Source: Spirochaetota bacterium (GTDB taxonomy: Bacteria > Spirochaetota > UBA4802 > UBA5550). Taken from it: 64,000 bases of DNA. A model generated the notes under the pieces. It was not told the origin of the DNA. It worked only from the letters and a program-made list of their open reading frames with translations, and did not search any database. Below are positions 61,197-64,000 of the stretch, one piece after another; within the stretch, counting starts at the first letter, position 1, and each line of letters begins with the position of its first letter. The position numbers were made by a program, and so were the translations under genes. The stretch lies in contig OY760686.1 in assembly GCA_963663865.1 (NCBI GenBank), forward strand, positions 1,408,001-1,472,000, in the 5' to 3' direction.

Positions 61197-61925
61197 ATGA
61201 ATCACGTCAGACTTGAAAGCGTCGACTCAACCAACAGCTATATAAGAAGAACGCCGTCTCTTCTGGCTGAAAAGTGCGTGCTCGTGTCAGCGCGAGAACA
61301 GACATCCGGCCGGGGCAGGGATGAACGCTCCTGGTATTCAAGGCCGGGGCTGGACCTGACTTTTTCGATGTCCTTCAGAACGGACTGCCGGACATCCGAT
61401 GTTCCGGCCTTCACCGCGGCCGCCGGGGTTTCACTATACAGGGCGGTAAGACCGCTTGTCGGGGAAGGCCTTTTTTTGAAGTGGCCGAATGATCTCTATT
61501 TCAAAGGCCGAAAGCTCTCGGGCATACTGTGCGAGTTTGTACAGGAAGGGGATATTCAGGCCGTTATCGTCGGCATTGGAATCAATGTCAGGGCGGGCGC
61601 TTTCTGTCAGGCGATTGCCACGGAAGCTGTTTCGCTTGAAGAGGCCGCAGAACGGAGCTTTGAGCTTGATTCGCTGCTCTATCTAATAAGCAGCCGTTTG
61701 AGAGATGAGCTTGTTGCTTTTTCGGGTCAGCTCGATAAAAACACCTGCGAAGACTGGATTGAATTTTCAGACCGGGACCGCGTGGTGATGACTGAGATGA
61801 AAGGGGTTTTGCGAAGCGGATACATTGCCGCCCTCAACCCTGACGCGTCGCTGAGAATACAGGACGCTGAGACAGGACAAATAAACAATTACAGAGGCGA
61901 GGTATTTTATGCCGGCGAAAGGTAA
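61197..61925 (+). CDS. birA: Biotin-[acetyl-CoA carboxylase] ligase (no N-terminal HTH)
   Basis: SVDSTN, QTSGRGR, KWPNDL, KLSGIL, GIGIN. Confidence 0.94.
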   Translation: MNHVRLESVDSTNSYIRRTPSLLAEKCVLVSAREQTSGRGRDERSWYSRPGLDLTFSMSFRTDCRTSDVPAFTAAAGVSLYRAVRPLVGEGLFLKWPNDLYFKGRKLSGILCEFVQEGDIQAVIVGIGINVRAGAFCQAIATEAVSLEEAAERSFELDSLLYLISSRLRDELVAFSGQLDKNTCEDWIEFSDRDRVVMTEMKGVLRSGYIAALNPDASLRIQDAETGQINNYRGEVFYAGER

Positions 61926-64000
61926 ACATACTGGCGAAGCGATGAAAGGGGCGGTCCTTCCCGCGCTCACTGATACGGAAAAGCAGGATTTCAATAAATC
62001 ACTGGAATACCTGAAGAAGCTGAACGTATCTGCTGACGGGAGGAGTTCAACTGAGCCCGCGCGGAAGGAAGGTAAGCTGAAGAAGGTCCTTATTGCCAAC
62101 AGGGGGGAAATAGCCAAAAGGTTTTTTCTGGCGCTCCATGAGGAGAATATTCCTTCAGTGGCAGTAATCACAGACGCCGACAGGGGTCAGAGCTGGTATG
62201 AATTCGCCGACGAGGAGCTGTATATCGGCGCCAATGAGAACTACACAGGTATCAACATAATTATTGCTGCTGCGGTCCTCTCGGGCGCAAATGCGATATA
62301 TGCGGGTTACGGCTTCCTGTCTGAAAATCACGGCTTCGTAAAGCGGATCAGGCAGATTTCAGAATGGCTCGGCACTGAATTGATATTTATGGGACCGCGC
62401 TATGATGTAATGGAGGTCATGGGTGATAAGATCAGTGCCCGTGAGGTAGCTCGTAAAAACGGGGTACCTCTCTTCGAAAGCTCCGACGCTTTAAGCGACA
62501 GCGATATAGACCACGTTAAAAAAGAAGCCGCAAGAATCGGCTATCCGGTAATCATTAAACTCTCAGCGGGAGGCGGGGGCAAGGGAATGTACCCTGTGTT
62601 CTCTGAGGGCGAAATTGAGTCGGCTGTCCAGTCGACATGCCGGATAGGACGCGAGCTGTATAATGACAGCTCATTCTATATGGAAAAGTTTATACAGCGG
62701 CCTGTTCACATAGAGGTGCAGGTTTTCAACGGCAGCGCTATTGGAATCAGAAAATGTGCGGTTCAGAGACGTAATCAGAAGATAATCGAAGAGAGCGGCC
62801 ATACATTTCTGGAAGATCATCAGTTTATGTCGTTTCTCTCATCAGCTGAAAGGCTTGCGATTGCTTCAGGTTATTCGGACGGTTGCGGCGCCGGTACGGT
62901 TGAGTTTCTTATAGACAGTGAGAACGGAAGCTTCGGTTTCATGGAGATGAATACAAGGCTTCAGGTCGAGTATGCTGTGACTGACCAGTCACTCGGCATA
63001 GACCTTGTCAAGTGGCAGATTATGTTCTACGACGGACGGGGTAATGAAATTGCTAATCCCCAGATGATGAAGTACAAGACCCTTGACCGCTATCATTCAA
63101 TCGAGTGCCGAATATACGCTGAAGACCCGGAGAATGACTATCTGCCTTCGCCGGGTTCAATTGTTGAGGTAGATCTTCCCACCTTCAACGGAATCAGGTG
63201 CGACTTCGGATTTACAAAGGGCGATAACATTCTGCCGATGTACGATCCTATGATAGGAAAGCTGATCGCACACGGCAGCACGAGGCGTGAAGCGATAATC
63301 AGGCTGGAAAGGGCCCTGCAGGAGTTCTACGTTAAGGGAATCAAGACGAACACCAACCAGTTGCTGCAGATAGTAAGGCATCCTGAATTTCAGGACGGAG
63401 GTTACTCAAACAAGCTGCTTGACGATAATCCGGAGCTTCAGTTTAAGGCCGAAGCTGAAAAAAACAATGCCTGCTCTTCGGCTGATACCATTGAACCGGT
63501 AATATTCGGGGCATTCTGCGAATACATTTCGGCTCTGCACAGGGCCGCCCAGGATTACGCGGTCATAGTCTCGCTTGAGGGGGCCGGCAACGCTCCCGCG
63601 GTTACTCTGCCTCCAGCAGCATTTACTGTTCAGTACAGGGGGGGCAGCAGCAGGGTTGATTTTCTGCAGACAGAAATTGACAGCTTTATCGTCTCTCTTA
63701 ACGGTGTTAATCACGGCAGGGTGACGCTAAGCTACTTCAATGACAGGGACGATGATTTTATTGTTCAGTACGGCACTGGCTCAAAAAGGATAAGGTGCGA
63801 AAGACAGTCCGACATGCTTGTGGTCAAGCTACGTGACTCGCAGAACAAAGCTAATTACCACAGGATGCTTATTGTCCCCGAGGGGCAGGGCGCAGCGGCC
63901 AATGAAGGACTTGTGAAGTCTCCATTTCAGGGGACATTTGTCTCGCTTGGAAGTGCCGGCCTTGAGGTTGGCGCAGATGTTAAGGCTGGAGACCCGCTGA
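61909..64000 (+). CDS. Biotin carboxylase fused to biotin carboxyl carrier domain (3'-truncated by window; absent from ORF track)
   Basis: Translation from ATG 61909 gives KKVLIANRGEIA, GYGFLSEN, GGGGKGM, QRRNQKIIEE, EMNTRLQVE and YDPMIGKLI. It ends in VKSPFQGTF...VGADVKAGDPL, the start of a BCCP domain. Confidence 0.92.
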   Translation, partial: MPAKGKHTGEAMKGAVLPALTDTEKQDFNKSLEYLKKLNVSADGRSSTEPARKEGKLKKVLIANRGEIAKRFFLALHEENIPSVAVITDADRGQSWYEFADEELYIGANENYTGINIIIAAAVLSGANAIYAGYGFLSENHGFVKRIRQISEWLGTELIFMGPRYDVMEVMGDKISAREVARKNGVPLFESSDALSDSDIDHVKKEAARIGYPVIIKLSAGGGGKGMYPVFSEGEIESAVQSTCRIGRELYNDSSFYMEKFIQRPVHIEVQVFNGSAIGIRKCAVQRRNQKIIEESGHTFLEDHQFMSFLSSAERLAIASGYSDGCGAGTVEFLIDSENGSFGFMEMNTRLQVEYAVTDQSLGIDLVKWQIMFYDGRGNEIANPQMMKYKTLDRYHSIECRIYAEDPENDYLPSPGSIVEVDLPTFNGIRCDFGFTKGDNILPMYDPMIGKLIAHGSTRREAIIRLERALQEFYVKGIKTNTNQLLQIVRHPEFQDGGYSNKLLDDNPELQFKAEAEKNNACSSADTIEPVIFGAFCEYISALHRAAQDYAVIVSLEGAGNAPAVTLPPAAFTVQYRGGSSRVDFLQTEIDSFIVSLNGVNHGRVTLSYFNDRDDDFIVQYGTGSKRIRCERQSDMLVVKLRDSQNKANYHRMLIVPEGQGAAANEGLVKSPFQGTFVSLGSAGLEVGADVKAGDPL

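Overview
Bacterial chromosomal DNA, most likely from a motile spirochaete related to Leptospirae (inferred mainly from an FcpB-like flagellar sheath protein; not confirmed by a search). The window starts with the end of the dcw cluster (mraY-murD-ftsW-murG-murC-ftsQ-like-ftsA-ftsZ). It continues with mixed housekeeping, envelope and signalling genes (OmpA/PD40 protein, tatD, yjbQ, coaD, rny, ymdB, pcm, yhbY, FapA, purL/purQ, DAHP synthase), an Sfp-type PPTase, a fixABCX/etf operon, an MCP and an EAL-GGDEF protein. It ends with a ~4,020-aa single-chain Pfa-like fatty acid/polyketide megasynthase followed by birA and a truncated biotin carboxylase-BCCP gene. Three signals stand out: (1) all six ACP domains of the megasynthase carry Thr instead of the canonical phosphopantetheine-accepting Ser (LGIDTVKQ), within an unusual ER*-ER-KS-CLF-AT-KS-ACP6-KR-DH order; (2) an intergenic array of ~10 tandem 60-61 bp units, each with two C-GNA-G triloop hairpins; (3) the FcpB-like gene. 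No rRNA, tRNA, CRISPR array or transposase was recognised. All assignments come from motif recognition by eye.
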